Source: Octopus sinensis
Lineage: Eukaryota
Assembly: GCF_006345805.1 (NCBI RefSeq)
Contig: NC_043002.1
Span: 33,914,001 to 33,978,000 of the forward strand
Direction of reading: 5' to 3'
Length of the DNA stretch: 64,000 bases
The notes below the pieces were generated by a model. The model was given only the letters and a program-made list of their open reading frames with translations. It ran no database searches and was not told the origin of the DNA. Position numbers and translations under genes: made by a program. Positions within the stretch are counted from its first letter, which is position 1. Every line of letters begins with the position of its first letter. Below are positions 50,673 to 63,590 of this stretch, piece by piece.

Positions 50673-51310
50673 GTAAGAAGAAATAGCGTTAAAAGATCTT
50701 TATGGTCTCCACTTGACATCAAAGGGATGTGCTGACATGGAAACTGCATCCTTTCCTGAGCGTCTGATAATACAGTACTTGTACCACGTCCTCGCGTTAT
50801 TGTTTTTTCTTGTTTGTTCTTCTTTGTTTGGATTCACTATATATATATTTATATATATATATATATATATATGAGATCAAAGATCGTGTATTGAAACTAT
50901 CATAAAACAATTACGGTGGAAGAATCCCTGACGTTATTTCAAAACGCTCATATAATGTGCGTTTTGTATGTTTCTTTATAGTAGCATATATCATGAATTG
51001 GTGTCGAACGGTTTCGTCACACATCTGTGACCTGGTCAATAAGATACAGTGGAATTGTACTAGTGATAAGACCGCAGAAGTGTGATATATACTTTTTGAC
51101 AAAAAATGGAGGAGAAAATGGAGAACAATAGGTGGTTCATCAACTTTTGGACATAAAAATGTTAACTTATTTATTTATTAACCTGATAAATATAATAACA
51201 TACATACATATAGCATATTATTATTTACATATAAGATATAAGATATAAAATATAGTAATATATAAGAATACCAGTAATTATTATAAAAAACATGAATATA
51301 AATTGGTAAA

Positions 51311-51439
51311 ATAACTTACAGCTGTTTCAGCCAATAGATAAAAATACCTCATTCTACCTATATTACTCAAGTGGATTGAGGTAATAGGTAGATGAACATG
51401 AGGTACTTGTATATATCTCTAGGCTTCGTCAGAGATTAT
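51311..51439 (-). ncRNA. Type I hammerhead motif with canonical core and ~100-nt rod-like stem II
   Basis: Minus strand: AUAA(U)CU CUGACGA AGCC..UACCUCAU..CUACCUA..CUCAA UCCAC UUGAG..UAGGUAG..AUGAGGUA..GGCU GAA ACAGCUGU A AGUUAU. It lies in AT-rich repeat 51130-51850. Confidence 0.85.
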
Positions 51440-51502
51440 AAAGTACAAATGTTAAGTTATAATAATAAATATAAATATAAATGTAAAAAAATACACACAC
51501 AT

Positions 51503-51573
<71 letters not shown>

Positions 51574-51925
51574 TATATTGTTATAAATATACATACATAT
51601 ATAGTTATACATAACTACTTATATATATTGAAATATACATACATATCTACATCCATAAGCACATATAATATTCAGCTAATACTAATATTATTATTATTGA
51701 TATTAGATGTATTCTGTTATTCAAAATAGATAGTATATAAAATATAGAATATAATATATAAACAAATATTTATGAAAGTTATAGGGATATTAATTTTACA
51801 ATCAATACATCAATATATCATACAGTTATTACAGTTATGTCAATAATATTCTGCATACCCATGAGTAAGGCACATATGCATATGTACACATACATATACG
51901 CACAAACATATATATATATATAATA

Positions 51926-51978
<53 letters not shown>

Positions 51979-52146
51979 ATTATATATATATACATACATA
52001 CATGCATACATGTGTGTGTGTACGTGTGTGTGTGCATGTGTGTTTGTTTGTGTGTATGGTTGAATGAGTCTGCATGCGTATGTGTGCATTCTTGTGTGTG
52101 TGTGAGTTTGTGTGTATACTAAAGGAGAACATTAGAAAGTTAAATA

Positions 52147-52565
52147 AGGTGCAGGAGTGGCTGTGTGGTAAGTAGCTTGCTTACCAACCACATGGTTCCG
52201 GGTTCAGTCCCACTGCATGGCACTTTGGGCAAGTGTCTTCTACTATATCCTCGGGCCTACCAAAGCCTTGTGAGTGGATTTGGTAGACGGAAACTGAAAG
52301 AAGCCCGTCGTATATATGTATATATATATTACGTGTGTGTAAATGTTGTGTATCTGTGTTTGCACCCCCCCCCAACATCGCTTGACAACCGATGCTGGTG
52401 TGTTTAGGTCCCCATAACTTAGCGGTTCGGCAAAAAAGACCGATAGAATAAGTACTAGGCTCACAAAGAATATGTCCTGCGGTCGATTTGACTCGACTAA
52501 AGTCTGTGCACCAGCATGGCCGCAGTCATATGACTGAATCGAGTAAAAGAATAAAAGAAAAGAAA
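52147..52565 (+). mobile_element. SINE family A, full length
   Basis: Head, body and tail are near consensus. Confidence 0.9.
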
Positions 52566-53199
52566 AATAATTCAATGTTTAGTTGATATTGGTTATATTT
52601 ATTGAATAGTTACCAGCAATTATGCGACACACTCTAGAACTGTAAAGTAGTTTACATTAACGACCATATCCAGGACATCTCCCTTACCTGTGGACATCTC
52701 AACTTGTTCATCGCTTTTAGCAACTCCATCCATTTTAATCTAAGTTCATCCCCACCACAGGCTTTAACTCCTCCACAGACTCTGCCACAGTTGGCCGCAT
52801 CCCGTTCGTACCAAATCGCTTATTCTCTTCCTGCGGTGCTGATGCTGACCGCGTGTTCGACCTCATGATCTACCCGATCATCAAACACTTCCCTTTTCCC
52901 TCCCTCCATACTGTCACTTTACCTCTTCAATACCCCATCCTTCAGTCTGATCCTGACACTTTTCGCACCTTTCCTGAATACTGTTTAACTTTTTTTTTCG
53001 ACGCAAACGCAATCTACATAATCTTTTGGTCTATAGAGTTTTTCTCCCTCGCCACATCTAACCAAAAATCCTTCGCTTGGTTTTGTTCCCGCTGCAACAT
53101 GTATTCTTTCATCCAGAATATCGCTTCCCTATACGATCCTGACTTTTTCGTTTCGTTATTATCGACAACAATATTATTTACAACATCAAATGTCAGTTT

Positions 53200-53226
53200 T
53201 GTTACTTACTGTCGTCGTTGTCGTTG

Positions 53227-53267
<41 letters not shown>

Positions 53268-53412
53268 TTCATCGTCTCATCATCGTCTCATCATCATCAT
53301 CATCATCCATCATCATCATCGTCGTCGTCGTCGTCTCATCATCATCACCATCATATCATCATCATCTCATCATCATCATCATCATCATCATCTTCATCGT
53401 CTCATCATCGTC

Positions 53413-53447
<35 letters not shown>

Positions 53448-53462
53448 GTCGTCGTCGTCGTC

Positions 53463-53509
<47 letters not shown>

Positions 53510-53530
53510 GTCGTCGTCGTCGTCGTCGTC

Positions 53531-53561
<31 letters not shown>

Positions 53562-53602
53562 CATCATCATCGTCGTCGTCGTCTCATCATTATCATCATC
53601 AC

Positions 53603-53641
<39 letters not shown>

Positions 53642-53683
53642 TATCATCATCATCATAATCATCATTATCATCATCATCATCAT

Positions 53684-53733
<50 letters not shown>
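53200..53733. repeat. Compound (CAT)n/(CGT)n microsatellite with higher-order CATCGTCGTCTCAT blocks
   Basis: Seen directly. It explains the 304-aa, 184-aa and 146-aa ORFs. Confidence 0.95.
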
Positions 53734-53734
<1 letters not shown>

Positions 53735-53945
53735 ACTTTGTTGAATGGCATGGGTTGGACGGTTTGATAGTTTGACATGAGCTGGCCAACCGGAGAGCTG
53801 TCCAGGCTCCAACTGACTGTTTTGGCTGGATGCCTTTCCTAAAGCCAACTACTTTACACAATGTACAGGGTACTTTTACGTGGAATCCGCACGGGTGCTT
53901 CTAGTATGGTACAGGCACGAGTGCTTTTTACGTGGTACCAGGAAA
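53734..53945 (-). mobile_element. SINE/LINE-tail-like repeat ending in the (GAT)n tract
   Basis: GGCTGGATGCCTTTCCTAAAGCCAAC motif typical of RTE-associated retroelements, abutting (CAT)n. Confidence 0.45.
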
Positions 53946-54754
53946 TGTATTAGAAAAAAAAACAAAAAACAAATCGAAGTTTGGCAGACCGTTTTATAGA
54001 GTAGCTTTTAAACGTCTGACATAACATTATCAAATCCTTCCAATGTTATTTGTCACTTCGATTCTCCTGGCTATCATCTTTCGTTTCTCTTGCTATCATC
54101 TTTCCATCTACGATGAAGATTTACATAACAGACCACCTGCCTCCTGCTAACTCCGCGGACAATTGCTAATCTTCAGTCAGCTTACAACTCACTCAACTGG
54201 AATTAACGAGTGAATCTTTTACTTTGGTAATACTGCCTCTCCCTCTAAATACTATACACTGAAAAATACTCATTTATGAATTTCACACACCCTCTGTTTT
54301 CACAAACACATATATACACATTATCTGTCTAACACATTTTTATCTTATTCACATCACATACACAGCATAGCATACATATCAACACATCCACATACACAAG
54401 TATACACACTTACCCACACATGTACGGAACCTTCTTATACACTTCCTTTCCTGGTGTTGTAAGATATACATAAGCATACCCTGCCGCACATTATCTTACT
54501 TGGGTAAAAGGAACAAAGTCTATTTAGATTGAAAGACACCTTTATGCTGTACCATCTTTGGTCATTCATTTCCTTTTCCTCTGTGTTCTTTCTCTGCATT
54601 CTTGACTCCTCTGACTGAGCTTGATGGAGAGCTGCTATCCGAAACGTTGAAACCTCTTTTGCTTTTCTTTAATGCAAAACATTAAATATCTTGTACTATT
54701 GCTGTTGTTATTTGTTCTTGAAACACTCAAGTGCTCTCACGTGCCTACCTACTG

Positions 54755-54992
54755 TCACCTCCGGCAGCAAGCTGGCAGAAACGTTAGCACGCTGGGCGAA
54801 ATGCTTTGCGGTATTTCGTCCGCCGCTGCGTTCTGAGTTCAAATTCCGTCGAGGTCGACTTTGCCTTTCATCCTTTCGGGGTGATTAAATTAAGTACAGT
54901 TACGCACTGGGGTTGATATAATCGACTTAATCCGTTTGTCTGTCCTTGTTTGTCCCCTCTGTATTTAGCCCCTTGTGTGTAGTAAAGAAATA
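54755..54992 (+). mobile_element. SINE family B, full length
   Basis: CGGCAGCAAGCTGGCAGAAACGTTAGC...TAGTAAAGAAATA. Confidence 0.88.
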
Positions 54993-55525
54993 ATTATAGT
55001 CATGCAAATTTACACTACCCTATCGTTGTTTCTTATTTTAGTAAAACTGCCTTGACACTAAAAAAAAATGTGAATTTAGTACCTTTACTAACACCTTGTT
55101 TCTGAAATACTTGTAAATCAATCAGAAAATACATTCATCATCGTTTTCATCATCTCTACTTTAATAGCCCCTTTTCCATGATTGCATGGATCAGAGTTCG
55201 CTGAGACAAGGTTTTTCTATGCATGCTTTTCCTCTCGCCATCCCTCACCTGTTTCCACGCAAGACAATACTTCCACAGAGCCGGATATGTTTTTATATAA
55301 GACTAGAAACGAAGTGACGGTGACAACCTCACTCCCACCCCTACCCAAGCGCACGCACTTATTTACATACATGCATACGCACACACACACAAGATATATG
55401 TTATAATGTGTCTGTGTGTGCGTCTGCGTGTGTGTCTATATATATTTATGTGTGTGTGTTTATACATGTGTATGTGCGTGTGTGTGTTTATACATGTGTA
55501 TGTGCGTGTGCGTGCGTGTGTGTGT

Positions 55526-55571
<46 letters not shown>

Positions 55572-55916
55572 CTGTGCGTGACGTAACCTGGATTACAAAT
55601 CCATTCCAAAGGATTTCGGACACTCAGTTCTGATCGAATGTAATCAATCGGTTGAAAGAGATAACAAACTCAATACGTATCTGAAGCACCAGCTTATTGA
55701 TTATTTATATATTTTCTAAAATAAAGTAAACAAGAGCACTATACATATACATATACAAACGCGCATAAAACACACTGAGACACCTGCACTGATACACCTA
55801 TTACATATTACATAGGAAGGTGATTATAGGTTTTCTCAGGTGTGAATTGTCATTAATGAAAATGTACTCAACACAAAATGAGTCTTGAGTAACTTTTTAA
55901 AAAATCTATCTATCTG

Positions 55917-55995
<79 letters not shown>

Positions 55996-56111
55996 GCTGT
56001 CCAGCCACATGGTTCCGGGTTCAGTCCCGCAGTGTGGCACCTTGGGCAAGTGTCTTCTACTATAGCTTCGAGTCGCCCAAAGCCTTATGAGTGAATTTGG
56101 CAGGCGGAAAC

Positions 56112-57450
56112 GTATATAGAGAGACTACAAGAGGAGGAAAACTAACATAGCCATGTCATGAGTCGATTATTTAAGACGTACGATTATGTGGAAGGCGGCG
56201 AGCTGGCAGAAACGTTAGCACGCCGGGCAAAATCCGTAGCCGTATTTCGTCTGTCGTTACGTTCTGTGTTCAAATTCCACCGAGGTCGACTTTGCCTTTC
56301 ATCCTTTCGGAGTCGATAAATAAAGTACCAGTTTTGCACTGGGGTCGATGTAATCGACTTAATCCCTTTGTCTGTCCTTGTTTGTCCCCCTCTATGTTTA
56401 GCCCCTTGTGGGCAGTAAAGAAATATATTGTAAGACGTACGATATGATTCCACATTCTTGGATTATGGAATGTATGAATCTATTTGGTATTGCATCGAAT
56501 GCTGAACGATTGCTTGGCAAAAGTATGGCGAAATGGAGGACGGAACTAACAGCATATGAAAGAAGTTTAAGGACAATAGAAATCAGGAGGGGATCTTCCA
56601 AGGGGACTGCCTGTCCCCACTGATCTTTATACTGTGCATGATACCACTAACACTGATTCTGAGGAAAGCAAAGGCTGGGTATGTATTCAAGATCAGCCAA
56701 CAAAAAGCCAACCACTTGTCATTCATGGATGGCCTCAAACTTTATGGTAAAGATGAATCACAAGTCAGTTCCCTCGTTGATACGGTGTATACTTTCAGTG
56801 CTGATATCAGAATGGAGCTCGGACTAAAAAAACTATAGTGGTTTAGTTTTGAAGAGAGGCAAAATCAAATGTATGGACAAGCTAGTGATACTGCCGGGGG
56901 AGGTTATGAAGCAGATAGAACAGACGGGCTATAAGTACTTAAGGATATTGGAAATGGATAAATTGATGGAGAAAGAAATGACAGAAAAATTTAAGGTTGA
57001 GTATTTGTGCAGACTGAGACTGATCCTTAAGTCAAAATTAAACGGACCGAATAAGATTGAAGCTATCACACCTGAGCGGTTTTGCTCCGTGGATATGGAG
57101 CAGGGGTTATCACATCGACAGTAGACGAACTAAACAGCTTAGACAGAAAGACAAGGAAGTTGCTGACTAAATATGGGATAATCCACCCAAAAAATGACAC
57201 AGACAGACTGTATGTACCAAGAAAAAGAAGAGGAAGAGGACTGATTGAATGCGAACACAGCATTATAGGAAAAGAAAACAACATAGCATGGTATGTAAAA
57301 TATGTCACAGAACCGCTATTATTGGAAGTAAGAAGGTCAGGTTTGTAAAGGATAGAAGATTGCAAAGATAAAGCACTGTACAAGGACTTGAGAATGAACG
57401 AAACTGAAAATAGGTGGATAAAGAAAAGAACGCATGGACAATTTCATAGG
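56112..57450 (+). mobile_element. R4/Dong-like LINE RT fragment interrupted by a SINE
   Basis: VDY..YD.IPHSWIMEC, IRRG..GDCLSPL..LCMIPL, NHLSFMDGLKLY, YKYL.ILE and IIHPKNDTDRLYVPRKRRGRGL. Confidence 0.85.
56185..56430 (+). mobile_element. SINE family B with 13-bp TSD
   Basis: TAAGACGTACGAT at 56172-56184 and 56431-56443. Confidence 0.9.
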
Positions 57451-57889
57451 AATGTTGGAGATAAGACAAACAGAGAAGAAAAATGGCTACGGATGACTAA
57501 AAGTGTGTATATATCTATGTATTTACGAAAGTATGCAAACAGCGTCGCATGTATATCCTTGAATAACAGTTGTATTAATATTCTCGTTGTTTTAAAAGTT
57601 ACTTATCTGTATAGGCATGTGTGTGTGCGTGTGTGCAGTGTGTGTGTGTATGCGTATGCATGTATCTATGTATTTACGGAAGTACGTATGCAGCGTCGCG
57701 TGTATATTCCTGAATGACAGCTATATTAACGTTACCATTCCACTGCTACGCCATATTTGTCACACAACTTTATTCTCCCCTTCCCTGATATCAGCCATAT
57801 TCTCTATGCCACCACAGTTCACCTCACACTAATACACCCTTCTCGTTTTACCAAATAATAGCCCAACCGAGTAAAATAAATGAGTTGAC

Positions 57890-58085
57890 CGGTAACACCG
57901 GGAAAGCGCCCACCCCAGAGGGGGCCCATCGTAGATTTTTATTGAAATCCAATTAGCCTATAATTCAATTGGATGTTAGTTTAACATATATGCAAAGTTT
58001 CGTCAAGGTTGGTTCACTAGTGTAGCAACATGGAAACAGACTGACAGACAGATAGACGGACAGAAATTGCTATTGTTGTATAAGA
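57890..58085 (-). mobile_element. Possible non-autonomous Helitron-type relic
   Basis: The minus strand starts ATCTTATACAACAATAGC followed by (CTGT)n-like repeats and a CTTGACGAAACTTTGC motif. Confidence 0.4.
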
Positions 58086-58094
58086 TGTATATAT

Positions 58095-58305
58095 GTGTGT
58101 GTCTGTATTTGTCCCCATCCCCCGTCGCTTGATAACCGATGTTGGTGTGCTTCCGTCCACGTAACTTGGCGGTTCGGCAAAAGAGACCGATAGAATAAGT
58201 ACTAGGCTTACAAAGAGTAAGTCCTGGGGTCGATTTGTTCGACTAAAGGCGGTGCTCCAGCATGGCCGCAGTCTAATGACTGAAGCAAGTAAAAGAATAA
58301 AAGAA
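58095..58305 (+). mobile_element. SINE family A, 3' half
   Basis: TG tract, body and AAAAGAATAAAAGA tail. Confidence 0.85.
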
Positions 58306-58494
58306 TATATATTTGGTTAATAAGAGAGACGGAAGAGAGAAGCTATGAGAATTTTTATTAATCATTACAGCTGTTTCGATCCATACGTTTTATTATCTAA
58401 TATTAGTAATATATACATTTATATATATATGTGTGTGTACATAAATATAAATAAACTAACATTTATTTTTATGAGCGTCGAAATATGTATTGAA

Positions 58495-58923
58495 CGATAC
58501 AAATTAGATAATATTTTTCAAACGCAGAGTTGCCGTTAGAACAGCAGAAATACCGAGTAAATTACCCTTGCAAGCCAGAGAAAATTTGTCCACCACCAGC
58601 CATGGCACTCGAACCCATATCCCTCAAAGACTCCGACCGAGTGCTTTACCATTAAGCTAAACTGCCCGCTGAGAAATTTATCTGTGATTTTAGAAGCTAA
58701 CTAGCCAGTGTACAAGCTATTTAGCGTCTAAAATCGCGGATGAATTTGTCAGTGGGCAGTTTAGCGTAATGGTAAAGCACTCGGCTAGAGTCTTTAAAGG
58801 ATATGGGTTCGACTCCCATGGCTGGTTGTGGACAAATTTTTCTGCTTTGTAAGGGTGATTTACCCAGTATTTCTGCTGTTCTAACGTCAATTCTGCGTTT
58901 GAAAAAATATATAATTTGTATCG
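58495..58923. repeat. ~430-bp palindrome with a tRNA-like Pol III unit in each arm
   Basis: The arms pair from CGATACAAATTA to TAATTTGTATCG inward to a ~10-nt centre. Right arm 58754-58827 has GGGCAGTTTAGCGTAATGGTAAAGC (A box/D arm) and TATGGGTTCGACTCCCATG (T arm), then AATTTTT. Confidence 0.85.
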
Positions 58924-58945
58924 AGATATATATATAGATATATAT

Positions 58946-59152
58946 ATAGTGTCCATAAAGCCGTTAGACAAATAGAAATTACAAATTACTGTAGATCTCA
59001 AATTGACTTAGCTGGGATCTTATATAATATATATATATATATGTATGTATATAGTGTGTCCTTAAAGCCGTTAGACAAATAGAAATTATAAATTACTGTA
59101 AATCTCAAATTGACTTGCAAGAAATAGCAGCTAAATCTTAGCTGGGATCTTA
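58946..59152 (+). repeat. Local duplication of ~75 bp; second copy has a ~22-bp insertion
   Basis: TAAAGCCGTTAGACAAATAGAAATTA.AAATTACTGTA.ATCTCAAATTGACTT...AGCTGGGATCTTATA occurs twice. Confidence 0.85.
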
Positions 59153-59478
59153 TAATTTAAAAAAAAATTGAAAGAACACATTCGATAATGCTGCACCAGA
59201 TGTCTGGGATGGTCATGGCCTGAATGCCTTGATTATGGGTCTCCTCAATGAATGCTGACCTTGGGCTAAAGAACAATAACAACTATAATGTCCTTACAAA
59301 TTAATCTGCTTCAGGTGATATTAGTGCGGAGGAGGAAGGAATCGATGGAAAGCGTAATAGCAGGTTCGATTTCCACCGAAATCAATAGTGGTGGGATACA
59401 TGAAATGTTTTTTTTTTAACAATAAGACGTGGCAACTATTTGTTGTTGTATCATGCGGTCTGTTGGTTGGTCAGACCA

Positions 59479-59540
<62 letters not shown>

Positions 59541-60146
59541 TGTGTATAGTCTGGTGTGAATAGTGTATGTATGAATGTGATGTATATGTGTGGTGTGAGA
59601 GTGTTTTTGTGTGTGTGTCTCTGTGTCTATTGTGTTCCCTTTTTTCATGCCAGTCCGCCTGAAAGAAACCTAAGAACCGAAAATTCTCAGACCCACACAG
59701 AATCACTGTCATACACCCAAAGTACTTAGAACTTAAAAGTATTACGGCAGTCACCAATTCATACCAACATTACCAAGATCTCAGAATCTGGAAGCTGAGC
59801 AAAACAAAGACCAAAGTGAAGTAGCACCAAACATACCCAAGTACTCTCCAAAACACATCCCTCCAAATTCTTTGAAAGTTTATTCTTGGCATCACTAACT
59901 CTAAAATACCCGTTCTCCAAATCAAAACACAGATTCTCGAACAGCTCATCCCACCAACCAGAATATACATGACAGCTAGCTTCTATCGTTTATCTTTTAC
60001 TTATTACAGTCATTAAACTGCGGCCATGCTGGGGCACCACCTTGAACAATTTTCAGTCATTTTTTTTTTTAACCTGGTAGTTATTTATCGCTTTTTTTAA
60101 AACCTGGTAGTTATTCTATCAGTTCCTGATATTTTCCCACTTACAA

Positions 60147-60236
60147 GTCCACTGATGAAGCTTGTCCAGTTTACGTAGTAGCTTGGTTTCATCAAATCAT
60201 CTTTGCATCGGTCGACGCGGAAACGGCAGTCTGGGC
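60147..60236 (+). ncRNA. Decayed long-stem-II hammerhead motif
   Basis: GUCCA CUGAUGA AGC...GCG GAA ACGGCAGU C UGGGC. Stem III is one substitution from palindromic ACUGCAGU. Confidence 0.55.
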
Positions 60237-60483
60237 ACGAAATAAGTATTTCTTTTTTTCTTTGCTCGTGTTTTAACATATTTCTTTTGAGTTGGATTTT
60301 CTTTTGTGATTCTAATTCTGCTGCACAAACCTTACTTCTCTAAACATTTTCCTACGTCTAACTGAGACATCCTGTGGAAGTGTATTCTGCAAAGACACGA
60401 AGCTATTGGACACCTATGTGAACACACACACACACACCACACACACACACACACACATACACACACACATACACACACACACA

Positions 60484-61170
<687 letters not shown>

Positions 61171-61579
61171 TCTGTAATTCATACGTGCATTGTTTCTTAG
61201 TTGGAGAATGGCTTCTTTGTCGGGGAAAATTTCCAGAATGAAAGAACACACACACACACACACACATGCATACACACACATGCATACACACGCTCATGCC
61301 TGGGTGTGGTGTACAATGGTCAGCCAAACAAATATGAGCAAAAACCAGGCAAATCATGGTGGATTTACAAGAGGCTGGGGCTAATTAAGGAGCACCGAGG
61401 GATGTGGGATGTACAGTCATGTGCCGTTGTCTATTGTCGTGTGTAGTCGTGTGCCGTCGTGCGTTGTCGTATACAGTCGTATAGAACCGTGTATAGTTGT
61501 ATGCAATGGCCTTGTTGTCAGGGTGTACAACTGTAACATCAGCAGGCAGTCATGAACTAACCATTACTTCTTGTTTGGA

Positions 61580-62130
61580 GTAAAGTTAACAAACAATAAT
61601 GGTGGCGGTGGCGTCAGTGGTGGTGGTGGTGGTGGTGGTAGTGATGTGGTGGTGGTGGTAGTAGTAGTAGTGGTGTGGTAGTGATGGTGTGGTAGCGATG
61701 GTGGTGGTGGTTGTGGTGGTAGCCGTGCCGTTGTTCATGGTGATGGTTGTGGTAATGGTAGTGGTGTTTATGGTAGTCGTGGTGGTGGCCATGGTGTTGG
61801 TGTTGGTGGTGTTTGGTTGAGACGGTTGTGGTGATGATGTTAGTAGCGTTGGTATGATGGTGGTTGTAGTGGTGGTGATAGTAAACGTGGTGGTGATACT
61901 TGTGGTAGTACTAATAGCGGTGGGAGTTGTGTTGGTGGTGGTAGAAGTGATGGTGGTGGTGTCTGTGGTAGTAGTGGTAGTGGTGGTGAAGATTGTAGTA
62001 TATGGTTGTTGTCATAGTGATAGTGAACAATGGCTAAAGTTAGAGTAGTAGCGATTATGTCAATGGTGATAATGACAATAACGATGACAGTGATGGTTGA
62101 GGTCATGTGGTAAGATCTATGGTGGTGATG
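61580..62130. repeat. Degenerate (GGT/GTA)n low-complexity tract
   Basis: Seen directly. Confidence 0.85.
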
Positions 62131-62586
62131 GTCTCATGTTTTACTATAGAAAACTTAACCATTTCGCCTTATATTCAAGATTTGTTTATCCTGAATACTC
62201 AGCCATTTTATAGACGATGAAATAGTATTTGAGAAAGTGTTGGCTGCTATTTCTTGAAGTTTTAAGTTTTCTGGTGTTTTGAGTTGATGGTGTTGTTTAG
62301 TCCCAAATCGATCTTGATGGAGCAAGTTTATGATCTTTGGAGCTGGTTGGAAGTTATTTTGAGGAGATTTGACTTCTATTTCTGGCAGGTTGGGCAATTA
62401 AGTTGGGGTCTTGAGTATCGTTCTGGTAAGTTAGGGATAGTGGCTGGTTGTTTGGAAAGTGATGGCTTGTATGAGTGTGCGTATGTATGCATACATACAT
62501 GCATACATATATACATACATGGGTACATACATCTACGTACATCCATAATACATACATATACACGTACACACACACAAGCACACACG

Positions 62587-62627
<41 letters not shown>

Positions 62628-62666
62628 GCACAAATTAAAACTTAATTAGACATACAAACATACTAA

Positions 62667-62746
62667 ACCTACATGTTTCTCCGTTGACTGAAAAGAATAA
62701 GGAGCTTTAATCGATTTTCAATCCTTCTTGGGGTTTCATCAGAGGT
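62667..62746 (-). ncRNA. Hammerhead-like relic
   Basis: Minus strand: ACC(U) CUGAUGAA aCC...GGA GAA ACAUGU A GGU, with internal AAGAAGGA/UCCUUAUU pairing and several mismatches. Confidence 0.4.
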
Positions 62747-62759
62747 GTTCATCTCACTT

Positions 62760-63590
62760 GACCAATTTCATGGAAGTGATTCGCCAATCTGCATTAAATC
62801 TAGTAACTTCAGAGAACTGGTGTTACCACGCACCCATAACACTCCGCCTCTACAGTATACTGTATTCCCGTGGAGTACAGAATATTATCACCCTCTTGCC
62901 TCACAAAACTGAAATCCTTCATATTAGTCAGTTTCTCTCCTACCCTCGCTCAATAGTCACACAGATCATACCAAAAGTTTGGAATGCTACTTCGTTCTAG
63001 TAATATGGCTTAAGAACAAATATGTCTACACCATTCAGGTATTACTTCCAATCAGCAGTTTGAGTCTTGGCTTTCCTTTGCTTATACCTGTGAACTGCTT
63101 CATCTTGTCTCTTGGTGGGAACAACCGGGTATGGTTTGGCATTAATCTCATTACACTTAAGCTTTGCTGTTTTGATCTCAAAGCATGAATGATCAGAACA
63201 TAGTTGAGTCACAGTTAATATTCTTCAAGGGAGGAGTTGTATACTACCAGGACATACTCCAGCGATGCTCTATTAGGGGATAATATCACTCCTGCCTCAC
63301 CGATTGTGATTAGCTGTGGACAGAAGCACATCATACATCCATTTCCAGAAGTATCGTAAACTAAAACCATGCTCCACAATGTGCACCATGATAGCTGTTA
63401 TCGACGAGCATATTCCCTGCTAACTATTGGTGTTATCATCCTAAGGCCGCTGCCTTTGCCCCAGGCTTTTCATCTTTAGTCAAGTGAATTTCTCTTGTCC
63501 AGACATCTTGCTTGCTTTTGTTATTCTGACGGAACAAGTATGCATTTGATTTTAAAATTCGCCCCAGTTCTGTTCGTGAGTACTGTACCG
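62760..63590 (-). pseudogene. Possible highly decayed LTR-retrotransposon integrase relic
   Basis: One frame with many stops gives H..EHG..LRYFWKWMYDV and ADWK*YL, reminiscent of Ty3/Gypsy integrase motifs. The evidence is weak. Confidence 0.25.

Noticed and set aside
51000-51045. Hammerhead-like TTGACCAG-GTCAC/GTGAC-GAAACCGTTC on the minus strand
   Set aside because: Core position 8, stem III and stem I are all mismatched, so support is insufficient.
52853-53767. 304-aa ORF with poly-His/Ser/Ile
   Set aside because: It is produced by a pyrimidine-rich tract plus the (CAT)n microsatellite, and several frames are open for the same reason.
58754-58827. Functional tRNA gene
   Set aside because: The acceptor and anticodon stems pair poorly and the two copies disagree at the anticodon, so it is treated as tRNA-derived.
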